Positions 1-11,628 of a DNA stretch of 32,020 nucleotides are shown here, piece after piece. Under the pieces are notes generated by a model, which saw nothing but the letters and a program-made list of their open reading frames with translations, was not told the DNA's origin and made no database searches. Position numbers and translations under genes: made by a program. The stretch is from Octopus bimaculoides (lineage: Eukaryota): the NCBI RefSeq assembly GCF_001194135.2, contig NC_068984.1, positions 123,705,627 to 123,737,646 on the forward strand, read 5' to 3'. The first letter of the stretch is position 1; each line of letters starts with the position of its first letter.

Positions 1-192
1 TATATATATATATATATATATATGTACACACACGTTTTGTGTCACGCTGAATATCCCCGAGAACTACGTTAAGGGTACACGTGTCTGTGGAGTGCTCAGC
101 CGCTTGCACGTTAATTTCACGAGCAGGCTGTTCCGATCGGATCAACTGGAACTCTCGACGTCGTAAGCGACGGAGTGCCAGCAACAAACAAC
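1..192 (+). mobile_element. 3' portion of a probable SINE (internal (TA)n, unique 3' module, CAA-rich tail); 5' end lies outside the window
   Basis: The layout (TA)n at 1-22, then a ~150-bp module, then a GCAACAAACAAC tail mirrors the microsatellite-plus-3'-module layout of SINE family 2 at 14546 and 24770. I recall the module as a common octopus repeat but have not verified this. Confidence 0.45.
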
Positions 193-351
193 ATATTATC
201 AGTGTAGCCGATCATTAAATGGCTTGTGCCTACTAATTTAGCTGTAATCTAATTTGTCGCCCGTTTTAATACTACCACATGGCTCTTTGGTGTCTTTATC
301 GAAGGCTACTTTGTTTCAAGTACTCGGACTAGAATTAGCCCATGAGTTGTG

Positions 352-693
352 CTTTCTTTCCGCTTTCTGTGGAAAGGTGGCGTTCCGATGGTGAGGCGAT
401 CCATTTGCTGTCAACAACCGTTACATGGAGGACTGGGGATGCCGTGGTTAATGATGCGCAGACATGCGCTGAGACTGCGGAATCTCTGGAACTTCATTGA
501 CGACGGTGAACAGGTGTGCGCGCCGTTTGTGAGGCACGCCTTCCCGCAGCTCGTCTCACTCACCGAACTGCAAACATGGATCAGGAAGAGACCGAAACTG
601 GGCGATTGGCACCGCGAGTGTCACCAAGCTCTACAAAAGCTCTGCCGTCCGGGATCAAACTTGTGCAACTTCCAAACGACCAATGCGTTCTAT
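352..693 (+). mobile_element. L1/Tx1-clade non-LTR retrotransposon, 5'-truncated ORF2 fragment (region C-terminal to the RT core)
   Basis: Open frame FRFLWKGGVPMVRRSICCQQPLHGGLGMPWLMMRRHALRLRNLW... matches the FLW-x-G...V-x-R......GGLG-x-P motif typical of L1/Tx1 ORF2 downstream of RT. It is open for ~113 codons until the N-gap, with stops immediately upstream. Confidence 0.8.
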
Positions 694-1658
694 NNNNNNN
701 NNNNNNNNNNNNNNNNNNNNNNNNNNNNNNNNNNNNNNNNNNNNNNNNNNNNNNNNNNNNNNNNNNNNNNNNNNNNNNNNNNNNNNNNNNNNNNNNNNNN
801 NNNNNNNNNNNNNNNNNNNNNNNNNNNNNNNNNNNNNNNNNNNNNNNNNNNNNNNNNNNNNNNNNNNNNNNNNNNNNNNNNNNNNNNNNNNNNNNNNNNN
901 NNNNNNNNNNNNNNNNNNNNNNNNNNNNNNNNNNNNNNNNNNNNNNNNNNNNNNNNNNNNNNNNNNNNNNNNNNNNNNNNNNNNNNNNNNNNNNNNNNNN
1001 NNNNNNNNNNNNNNNNNNNNNNNNNNNNNNNNNNNNNNNNNNNNNNNNNNNNNNNNNNNNNNNNNNNNNNNNNNNNNNNNNNNNNNNNNNNNNNNNNNNN
1101 NNNNNNNNNNNNNNNNNNNNNNNNNNNNNNNNNNNNNNNNNNNNNNNNNNNNNNNNNNNNNNNNNNNNNNNNNNNNNNNNNNNNNNNNNNNNNNNNNNNN
1201 NNNNNNNNNNNNNNNNNNNNNNNNNNNNNNNNNNNNNNNNNNNNNNNNNNNNNNNNNNNNNNNNNNNNNNNNNNNNNNNNNNNNNNNNNNNNNNNNNNNN
1301 NNNNNNNNNNNNNNNNNNNNNNNNNNNNNNNNNNNNNNNNNNNNNNNNNNNNNNNNNNNNNNNNNNNNNNNNNNNNNNNNNNNNNNNNNNNNNNNNNNNN
1401 NNNNNNNNNNNNNNNNNNNNNNNNNNNNNNNNNNNNNNNNNNNNNNNNNNNNNNNNNNNNNNNNNNNNNNNNNNNNNNNNNNNNNNNNNNNNNNNNNNNN
1501 NNNNNNNNNNNNNNNNNNNNNNNNNNNNNNNNNNNNNNNNNNNNNNNNNNNNNNNNNNNNNNNNNNNNNNNNNNNNNNNNNNNNNNNNNNNNNNNNNNNN
1601 NNNNNNNNNNNNNNNNNNNNNNNNNNNNNNNNNNNNNNNNNNNNNNNNNNNNNNNNNN

Positions 1659-1702
1659 TGTCCATTTTCTGTATTTAGCCCTGTGTGGCTATAATAAAAA
1701 GA

Positions 1703-1704
<2 letters not shown>
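1659..1704 (+). mobile_element. Probable 3' terminus of the same Tx1-like LINE (stem-loop TAGCC-CTGTGT-GGCTA, then AATAAA, then (TATC)n)
   Basis: It has a poly(A)-signal-like AATAAAAA followed by a simple-repeat tail, on the same strand as the ORF2 fragment. The 965-N gap is about the size expected for the remaining ORF2 plus 3'UTR. Linkage across the gap is inferred. Confidence 0.55.

Positions 1705-1736
<32 letters not shown>
1703..1736. repeat. (TATC)n microsatellite
   Basis: Directly visible tandem array. Confidence 0.95.
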
Positions 1737-2197
1737 CATCTCTGTCTATTTATCCATCTATTTACATCGCTTTCCCATATTTTCCTTTTCCAATGAAGAT
1801 ACAACTCTCAACTATGCTGTTTCACCAGCACGTCCTTCATTCATTTCCTCTGTGTCCCTGTTCTACCCGTTTTCTCTCAACCCCTCTCTACATACATCTT
1901 TTCCTGTCGGCTGTTCTATCCTACACCTCTTTTGTCTTGTATCTCGATTTAATATTCATATTCTTTTATCGTGTTCAAGTGAAAAATTTCCGACTTGCTT
2001 CTCCTTTATCTTCCTTGTTCTTCATCTCGCCCATCAGATATTTCTCTTTCATTTTCTTTCTCATCTTCTTGATATATATATGTCTGTCTCTCCGCCGCCT
2101 GTGTTTGACCTTCATCTACACCTAGCAAAATGTCAAAACACTTGTCTACCTTTATTCCAGTTCACATCCCTCGAACACATACGTATCGACATTACAG

Positions 2198-2393
2198 ACA
2201 CGCGCGCGCGCGCACATACACATACATACACACACACATACACACATATACACACACTCAAACACAAACATCCATTCATTCATCCATCCATCTAACCACC
2301 CATCTATTCATTCTTACAGGCATTCATACATACATACATACATACATACAAACATACATACACACATACGTACATACATACACACATACATAT

Positions 2394-2447
<54 letters not shown>

Positions 2448-2916
2448 TGNNNNNNNNNNNNNNNNNNNNNNNNNNNNNNNNNNNNNNNNNNNNNNNNNNN
2501 NNNNNNNNNNNNNNNNNNNNNNNNNNNNNNNNNNNNNNNNNNNNNNNNNNNNNNNNNNNNNNNNNNNNNNNNNNNNNNNNNNNNNNNNNNNNNNNNNNNN
2601 NNNNNNNNNNNNNNNNNNNNNNNNNNNNNNNNNNNNNNNNNNNNNNNNNNNNNNNNNNNNNNNNNNNNNNNNNNNNNNNNNNNNNNNNNNNNNNNNNNNN
2701 NNNNNNNNNNNNNNNNNNNNNNNNNNNNNNNNNNNNNNNNNNNNNNNNNNNNNNNNNNNNNNNNNNNNNNNNNNNNNNNNNNNNNNNNNNNNNNNNNNNN
2801 NNNNNNNNNNNNNNNNNNNNNNNNNNNNNNNNNNNNNNNNNNNNNNNNNNNNNNNNNNNNNNNNNNNNNNNNNNNNNNNNNNNNNNNNNNNNNNNNNNNN
2901 NNNNNNNNNNNNNNNN

Positions 2917-2966
<50 letters not shown>

Positions 2967-2990
2967 ACAAACACGCACACACACATATAT
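2198..2990. repeat. Compound (CG)6/(CA)n/(TACA)n alternating purine-pyrimidine tracts spanning the N-gap at 2450-2916
   Basis: Directly visible; these tracts produce the HTHT/CVCV pseudo-ORFs. Confidence 0.9.
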
Positions 2991-3057
2991 ACATATACAT
3001 ATATATGTGAGTATATATATATGCATGCATATATGCATAGATATATATATTATTTGC

Positions 3058-3993
<936 letters not shown>

Positions 3994-4012
3994 AAGAAAA
4001 GCAACAAAAATG

Positions 4013-4372
4013 TATTAGGTTATAGCAGTACGTACGTTTCGTACAAACTCCATTTATTTATGTAATGAGAACACCACATAAGGTATGCAATGAAAATGTA
4101 CTCCTCAGCTGCATCATGGAAGTTCATTTCAGAAAGTCATTTTGTAAATGTGTGCAAATACAAGAGCAGGAGATGAAGAGAATACCATCTTGACTGGGCT
4201 GTTAATCAACAGGATTTTTACGCTATTGTCATAAATAAACTTATTTCGCGTTGGCAAAAGTGTGTTGATTCTGATGGTGTTTATTCCGATTAATAAAGCT
4301 TTGTTTGAGCCGAGATATGTGTATCTGAATTTAAAGGTTAAAAACCGCAAGAACTTTCTTGACAACCTAATA
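4013..4372 (+). mobile_element. Internally deleted mariner element (~360 bp, TA-flanked)
   Basis: The transposase C-terminus DFYAIVINKLISRWQKCVDSDGVYSD* lies at 4213-4293. The right TIR ends AAAAACCGCAAGAACTTTCTTGACAACCTAA|TA. The left end TA|TTAGGTT matches only the outer 7 bp plus TA. Confidence 0.8.
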
Positions 4373-5578
4373 TATTGGCAGAATCATTAAAGAATCAGTC
4401 TAATTTTTTTTTCAATAGTGAAGGTTACACAGGACAGTATAATCCAAAATTTATAAAAAGAAATGCCCGGATTGGAACGCTTTTAACAATTCCTGAGTCT
4501 AACTCTAAATTGAAGTCAAGAATTGAGCTCAAATGTTCAAGACAACAATTTGATCGAAGAGTTGACCTCAGGCGTTGATCATTGTACTTAATCTTAGAAA
4601 ATGAACCGAGGAGTTAAACTTACAAATTTATAATAGTANNNNNNNNNNNNNNNNNNNNNNNNNNNNNNNNNNNNNNNNNNNNNNNNNNNNNNNNNNNNNN
4701 NNNNNNNNNNNNNNNNNNNNNNNNNNNNNNNNNNNNNNNNNNNNNNNNNNNNNNNNNNNNNNNNNNNNNNNNNNNNNNNNNNNNNNNNNNNNNNNNNNNN
4801 NNNNNNNNNNNNNNNNNNNNNNNNNNNNNNNNNNNNNNNNNNNNNNNNNNNNNNNNNNNNNNNNNNNNNNNNNNNNNNNNNNNNNNNNNNNNNNNNNNNN
4901 NNNNNNNNNNNNNNNNNNNNNNNNNNNNNNNNNNNNNNNNNNNNNNNNNNNNNNNNNNNNNNNNNNNNNNNNNNNNNNNNNNNNNNNNNNNNNNNNNNNN
5001 NNNNNNNNNNNNNNNNNNNNNNNNNNNNNNNNNNNNNNNNNNNNNNNNNNNNNNNNNNNNNNNNNNNNNNNNNNNNNNNNNNNNNNNNNNNNNNNNNNNN
5101 NNNNNNNNNNNNNNNNNNNNNNNNNNNNNNNNNNNNNNNNNNNNNNNNNNNNNNNNNNNNNNNNNNNNNNNNACCACCACCACCACCATAATCACCACTG
5201 CATCATTACTACATCCCGCACTCTTATAAATGCATCTATTTACACCACTACAGGTAGAATTGTCACGATTTCGGGACCTTTAACCAAAGGACTACTCAAT
5301 GAGGGCATTCACGTGCCTGACCTGGGGCTCAACTGCAACAACAACTACAACAACAAAAACGACGAGGACAACAACAACAACTTGAAAACAACAATACATC
5401 TTTATCATCTAAATATTTACGCCTCTCGCCCAATAGATACGCCGCTTCACCACCTGGAACCAATATTGACGCAACCACCGCTGACTCGTCAAATAAACCG
5501 ACCGTGAAATTCAGATAATTAACAAGCATTTCTTATTTTTCCAGACAATTCCGTTTGTTATTTCCGGAATTCGGTGTT

Positions 5579-5643
5579 CAATCACCCAGCATGCATTATA
5601 CAGGAAGTACCAATCACCCAGCATGCTGTATGCCGGAAGTAAC
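5579..5643 (+). promoter_or_regulatory. 32-bp tandem duplication, each unit carrying a Staf/ZNF143-like site (CACCCAGCATGC) and an ETS-like GGAAGT
   Basis: CAATCACCCAGCATGC at 5579-5594 and 5611-5626, followed by CAGGAAGT and CCGGAAGT. A CCAATCA occurs at the start of unit 2. The duplication is certain; function is inferred. Confidence 0.35.
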
Positions 5644-5788
5644 AACCCCCGCAAATCTATTAAGCTATAACGTTCTGGTATTTAACGCAAAACAATCGGA
5701 GAGGAACTTCCGAAATTATAACGCTATTGTCACACACCCTTCCCACATACACATACAGGTACGCACACATGCACGCACTCAAACACAC

Positions 5789-5824
<36 letters not shown>

Positions 5825-5903
5825 ATATAGATACATAGAAACACATATCCAAACACACATACTTGCATACACATCAATACACGCTTGTATATACACGTTC
5901 ATG

Positions 5904-5934
<31 letters not shown>

Positions 5935-6012
5935 CACGTTCATGTATATATATATGCACACACCTATGTATACGCATATGTGGGGATATTAAACAGATCA
6001 ATATATAAAGTA

Positions 6013-6230
6013 TATTCGTTTCTTTTCTAGGCACAAGGCCCGAGATTTTGGGGGAGGGGGACAGTCAATTATAACAACCCCAGTACGCAACTGGTACTTA
6101 ATTTATCGACCACGAAAGGATGAAAGGCAAAGTCGACCTCGGCGGAATTTGAACTCAGAACGTAAAGACAGACGAAATACCGCTAAGCATTTTGCCCGGC
6201 GTGCTAACGTTTCTGCCAGCTCACCGCCTT
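6013..6230 (-). mobile_element. tRNA-derived SINE family 1, full-length monomer with tail type A
   Basis: Minus strand reads AAGGCGG..TGGCAGAAACGTTAGC (A-box-like) ... GAGTTCAAATTCC (B box) ... CCTTTCATCCTTTCGTGGTCGATAAATTAAGTACCAG ... GGGCCTTGTGCCTAGAAAAG. It aligns by eye with more than 10 other copies in the window. Confidence 0.92.
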
Positions 6231-7110
6231 GCGGCTTATTATTCCATAGGCTCATATATCTTTAACGTATTTTTTTAGATAGACTCAGTGTGGCAAAGTG
6301 TATGACAAACATCTACGTTTGAATTACTTTTGCAATCCATACAATGGGCTGCTATACAGTTTCCCTTACTCCTGTTTCACACAAAAAAGTACATGTCGTG
6401 TAAGCTCCTTGTCTATCTATTATATGCATTCTTAGGAGAGGAATTTAGTGCTGCTAAGCGCCATTTGTTAATATAGGATTAAGTTATCCTAGCAGATCCA
6501 CAAAAGGTACGATCAGAAATAATGAAATTGACGGAAGAAAGCCATCAAGAATGGAACTGGTTTTTAATTTGGCTCATCCCTGGATATCAGCAGAATTGAG
6601 AGATCCGTTAAGAACGAGGAAATTATACTGAGAGCGAAAGATTTTGTTGTACTACTCATTAAATCGAGTTTAGCCATAAAGCCATAAAGTAATGTTAAAC
6701 TATTTAGTATCAAAGCATGGAAGATAAAAGAGGACAGACACTTCAGTGAAATTTTCACTTTCTCAACGGAGAGATGGAAGTTAAATTCTGTAATTAAATC
6801 AAGGTGTTTGGTCTGTATGAATTACAGTAGAAATAAGAAAGCTGTAACATTTCTTATTGAGGATTTTACAGTTCTTGATTGAGCATCCTTTTTGTATGGG
6901 TTAAATGACGTGTTTCCTAGGCCAACCAACTCCAAGCTATGTGTTAGGTAGACTCTGGCGCACGTTATAGATACAGGTTGAATTGTGTGATTTGCATTCC
7001 AGTATATATTCTCTATTTGCAACGGATATATGGCGTCTTATAGTTGCTGTGATAAAATAATAAATAACTATCCTGTCAAATATAGCTAAGAGGCAATATT
7101 GTATCAACTC

Positions 7111-7510
7111 AAGGCGGCGAGCTGGCAGAAATGTTAGCACGCCGGACGAAATGCTTAGCGGTATTTCGTCTGTCTTTACATTCTGAGTTCAAATTCTGCC
7201 GAGGTCAACTTTGTCTTTCTTCCTTTCGGGGTCGATAAATTAAGTACCAGTACCAAATTTCGGGCCTTGTGCTTAGAGTAGAAAAGTATATTTTTAAGGC
7301 GGCGATCTGGCAAAAACGTTAGCACGCCGAGTGAAATGCTGAGCGGTATTTCGTCTATCTTTATGTTTTGAGTTCAAAATTCCGTCGAGGTCGACTTTGC
7401 CTTTCATCCTTTCGGGGTCGATAAATTAAGTACCAGCTGCGTACTGGAGTCGATCTAAGCGACTGGCTTCCTCCCCCAAAATTTCAGGCCTTGTGGCTAG
7501 AACAGCAAAG
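7111..7510 (+). mobile_element. Head-to-tail dimer of SINE family 1 flanked by one 13-bp target-site duplication
   Basis: Monomer 1 is 7111-7295 (with a ~45-bp tail deletion) and monomer 2 is 7296-7510. ATTGTATCAACTC occurs at 7098-7110 and 7511-7523. Confidence 0.9.
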
Positions 7511-8552
7511 ATTGTATCAACTCTAGGTTGACAATGATAAACTGTTTTAGAAAGGAGGCCAGTCTCGATCAATTAAATTACGTGATGTTCGGTTAGAAAA
7601 ATCGTTTCACTGCGCCAGCGATCGGGAAATTGGAGTAGATCAAGAAATTCAGCATTTCTTCAATTAGATTACTATAGCATATCACACCGACTTTTTATGG
7701 AAGGTCAGCTGCAATCGGTTTGCACTAATCATGACAAGGGAAAGGAGGAGCAACATAGAAAATGTACATAAAAGAAGTTGAAGATTTCAAGAATATATTC
7801 TAAGGATGTATTTGAGGCAAGACAGTGAAAATATATTTATTTTCTCCGTAGAAGGAGATTTCCGGGGGTTTTGTTACTTTATCAACGATATCAAAGTTCA
7901 GTTTTATGGGGTCCTCGCCCGGAAGGAGCGCAGTAGTATTATTATTCACTAGTATTAAAGGAAAAAGAACTCACTCTGCAGTAGGTCTGGTGGAGTTAAT
8001 TGTTTAACCTCAGGTTAATCTTAATCCAGAAAATTGAACATTAAAGACATTAGAGTTGTAATTATTATATATGAATGTTTTGTGGATATCAAAAACTACA
8101 TTTTTTGTGGAACTACACAATCAAATGTAACCTTTCCTTACTTTAGACCTTATTGCTTCATGTGTCTCGTTCTCACTTAAGACAATAGGGTGGGATTTGA
8201 AGAAGATTTAGTTGAGATTTTGGCTAAGTCAGTCACCACATAGAGGGTTTCTCTCTGATTCATTGTATAGAGGTATTCCTAAAGAGTGCAGGAAAGAAAT
8301 AAACGGTTTAAATGTTTTGCTATTTAAATTTTGTAACTTTTCATTACTGTTCCTGAGGTAGTACAGATATGAATGCATGATTTGTGTCACTCCTCAAATT
8401 CTCAGAGCCACTCTTACTCATAGATTGAGAGATACTGTCGGAAAGTATCGATATCACAAACATATCGGTCAAACAGCTTGCACTTAACAACCACTGATGT
8501 TAATGTCGCACAGTGTTAGTAGATTTTTCTGGAAGACATATAATATATGCAG

Positions 8553-8611
<59 letters not shown>

Positions 8612-8632
8612 ATGTATATATATATATATATA
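8553..8632. repeat. (TATC)n then (TA)n microsatellite
   Basis: Directly visible. Confidence 0.95.
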
Positions 8633-9519
8633 TGTAAGAGACGACCGTGCGAACTCATAAAAGGAGAAATGGCGACGAATGGAAAAACAGGACTCCTTTT
8701 ATTTAAACGCGTCACACGGTCGAACATACAAATATATATATCAAATGATGATATACATGATATGTTATACGACGATAACATAGATGACCAGTAATGAAAG
8801 ACCACAACCGTATTAGATGAATAACAGAGATATTTATTGTAGCGTTAAAGATGTATGTCTGTGTGAGAGTGTGAATGCGACATATAANNNNNNNNNNNNN
8901 NNNNNNNNNNNNNNNNNNNNNNNNNNNNNNNNNNNNNNNNNNNNNNNNNNNNNNNNNNNNNNNNNNNNNNNNNNNNNNNNNNNNNNNNNNNNNNNNNNNN
9001 NNNNNNNNNNNNNNNNNNNNNNNNNNNNNNNNNNNNNNNNNNNNNNNNNNNNNNNNNNNNNNNNNNNNNNNNNNNNNNNNNNNNNNNNNNNNNNNNNNNN
9101 NNNNNNNNNNNNNNNNNNNNNNNNNNNNNNNNNNNNNNNNNNNNNNNNNNNNNNNNNNNNNNNNNNNNNNNNNNNNNNNNNNNNNNNNNNNNNNNNNNNN
9201 NNNNNNNNNNNNNNNNNNNNNNNNNNNNNNNNNNNNNNNNNNNNNNNNNNNNNNNNNNNNNNNNNNNNNNNNNNNNNNNNNNNNNNNNNNNNNNNNNNNN
9301 NNNNNNNNNNNNNNNNNNNNNNNNNNNNNNNNNNNNNNNNNNNNNNNNNNNNNNNNNNNNNNNNNNNNNNNNNNNNNNNNNNNNNNNNNNNNNNNNNNNN
9401 NNNNNNNNNNNNNNNNNNNNNNNNTGCTGTCGTGTGGTACACGGAACAGTTCTCAAAGAGAAACTGGACCGAGACCGATTATTGGGTATGAGTTAAAGCT
9501 ATTTATAACAAACTATGGG

Positions 9520-9645
9520 CTCCCAATGGCTTCAGAATTTTACTCTATCACGTGACCTTATTAGGGGCCGTGATTGGCCAGTTTGCGTTCTGGCGGGAAA
9601 GGTTCGAAGAAGTTGCCGATTCGAATAATGATCAGTCACGTGATG
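9520..9645. promoter_or_regulatory. Putative housekeeping/cell-cycle type promoter core
   Basis: Within ~120 CpG-rich bp: CCAAT (9523), TCACGTGAC E-box (9548-9556), GTGATTGGCC inverted NF-Y box (9570-9579), a perfect E2F site TGGCGGGAAA (9591-9600) and a second E-box GTCACGTGAT (9635-9644). No transcript evidence. Confidence 0.45.
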
Positions 9646-9892
9646 ACAAGGAATAGGTTCTCTACTACGCTCGCATTTATTTATATTTAAATGAGAAGAT
9701 TGTATGTAATGGCGATAGTAGTTTGTATCTAATGGCGGGAGGTAGTTTCACTACATATATATACACACAGACAGACACGTGGGCGCGCGCGTGCACACAC
9801 AAACACACACGCACACACATGTGTATGTATATATATATTTATACATAGGTGTGTGTCATTTAACTACATATGATATATATATATATGTATAT

Positions 9893-9927
<35 letters not shown>

Positions 9928-10240
9928 TGTTAAATATATACATAAACATATGTATAAGCAGATACACACACAGACACACAGACACACACATACACAAGCA
10001 TTTACAGATTCACAAATACATAGATACACAAATAAGTAACATAGACGTGAGCAATATATGAGAATAAGTGCATAAACGCTACTCCTCCGTCGTTCTTTAA
10101 TTATGTTCTCATATGTGGAACAGGTTTACACTTCTCATATAAGAGACAGGAAAATACATCCACTCATATATAACGAGCCATTCATAAAATGTACACGATT
10201 TTCGTCTTTTACATTGTTTATTCTTTAGATGTCGCAGTAA

Positions 10241-10277
10241 TGACGTCAGGCCTACGTCATCGATCGTCGCCATTTTT
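10241..10277. promoter_or_regulatory. CRE palindrome, half-CRE and YY1-like CGCCATTTTT
   Basis: TGACGTCA at 10241-10248, TACGTCAT at 10253-10260, CGCCATTTTT at 10268-10277. Confidence 0.35.
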
Positions 10278-10384
10278 GTTGATATTTCTGTCTGTATTTT
10301 ATGTTCTGTCTTGATTGAGCTTTAAAATCTCTGTCTTCTTTCTTTTATTTTGCTTTAAATCTTCTTTATTTTAATGTTCTACCG

Positions 10385-10398
10385 TAATAATAATAATG

Positions 10399-10469
<71 letters not shown>

Positions 10470-10510
10470 GATGATGATAATGATGATGATAATGATGATG
10501 ATGATAATGA
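10385..10510. repeat. (AAT)n grading into (GAT)n
   Basis: Directly visible. Confidence 0.95.
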
Positions 10511-10545
10511 AGGTGATTTATTTTAGATTTCTTTTAGTAATTTAA

Positions 10546-10668
10546 TTCTTTCTAATTTTGTCACAAGGCTGGTAACTTTATTTTATCGCCCCCTGGAGGA
10601 TGAAAGGCAAAGTTGATTCGCCACCCAGCGGAATTTGAACACAGAATGTAAAGAACCAGAAGAAATAC
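10546..10668 (-). mobile_element. Degenerate, internally deleted SINE family 1 copy
   Basis: Contains CACAAGG tail, GGATGAAAGGCAAAGT body and GGAATTTGAAC B box (plus-strand text). Confidence 0.75.
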
Positions 10669-10829
10669 GTCAGATACTCAAGACTCTTGTTAGAATCTCT
10701 TGCTAATCGCAAGACGATGAAATGGCGCCGTTCAATGCTGTGGTTACTATGACAGGAGGAACAGACGATCTCGTCCATAGCTTCTACGACTGGGTACAAG
10801 AGGATGTGGAGATTGGGGGTCGATAGCCC

Positions 10830-11140
10830 GCCGCCTTTATTTTTGTGCTTCCCCAGATATTCAAAGAAAACAAGCCCTGAAATGCCTCTTACTGCCACAG
10901 ATAGAACAACATTGCTTCTTAAGATATCTCATCGGTTTCACAGCTTTTGTTTCTACCACAACTGGCATAGATTCGGGAGGGCTCTTTAATTTGAAGCTGT
11001 CATTAAGACTTGTAAAGCCATCTTGCATTCCAATTGGTCACAGAGTTATTTCGCCACCTCTATGCCGATCACTCACCCTCACTTCAGTTCTAAATATAAA
11101 GGAGGCAATGTCGTAAACCTTATCGCATCGAATAGCAAGT
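10830..11140 (-). mobile_element. Highly decayed mariner transposase remnant
   Basis: Minus-strand LRHCLLY (11116-11096) resembles the mariner N-terminal H-[FL]-RHCLLYEF. MLFYLWQ*..GLVFFEYL (~10910-10854) resembles VMLSVWWD-x-KG-x-VYFELL. There are many stops and frameshifts, and no TIRs were found. Confidence 0.45.
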
Positions 11141-11328
11141 ATTTCTTCTCCACTTTCAGTTGTATTTCATGGCCGCTTTTAGTTGCTGCTTTGAAAACGA
11201 TTGGAAAAACCTATGCAATTTTTAGTATGTAGTAAAAATGCAAAAATTTTCTTGTAGCCAATTCTTGAATGTACTTTGGAGGCAAAGAAAGACTGCGGTT
11301 CGGCATGATTTTACCATTATCGATTTAA

Positions 11329-11628
11329 CCTCTTAACATACACATTTTTTCAATCTCCATGCAAAAAGTATCATATTTTTTTATTATTTATTTTGAATCT
11401 ATATATAAGAAAGAATCAGTACACAGATTATTTTAGATTATTTATGACTTTTAGAATGATAGTTACAGATTGCAAATGATAGAAAACAGGAATAACATCA
11501 TGAACGAAGTATTTCGGATTGGAAATAAATGACAATTACCTCAGAATGCAGTGAACGTATGTTTTCGTTCAAATATATATTTACTAGTCATCTCTGAACG
11601 AAAACATACAGGATAATATGTTAAGAGG
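11329..11628. mobile_element. 300-bp piggyBac-like MITE (TTAA target duplication, 12-bp perfect TIRs)
   Basis: TTAA(11325-11328)|CCTCTTAACATA ... TATGTTAAGAGG|TTAA(11629-11632). There is an internal perfect 15-bp inverted repeat at 11557-11571 / 11595-11609. Confidence 0.75.

Noticed and set aside
4375-4578. 67-aa ORF with an acceptor-like TTTTTTTTTCAATAG
   Set aside because: No recognisable domain and no convincing downstream donor.
6130-6230. tRNA genes suggested by A/B boxes (also at 7111, 14546, 24770 and others)
   Set aside because: No complete cloverleaf. The boxes continue into SINE bodies and tails, so these are SINE heads.
6300-7050. Possible decayed transposon coding sequence (also 16370-16760 and 20650-21230)
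   Set aside because: I could not anchor any diagnostic RT, endonuclease or transposase motif by eye.
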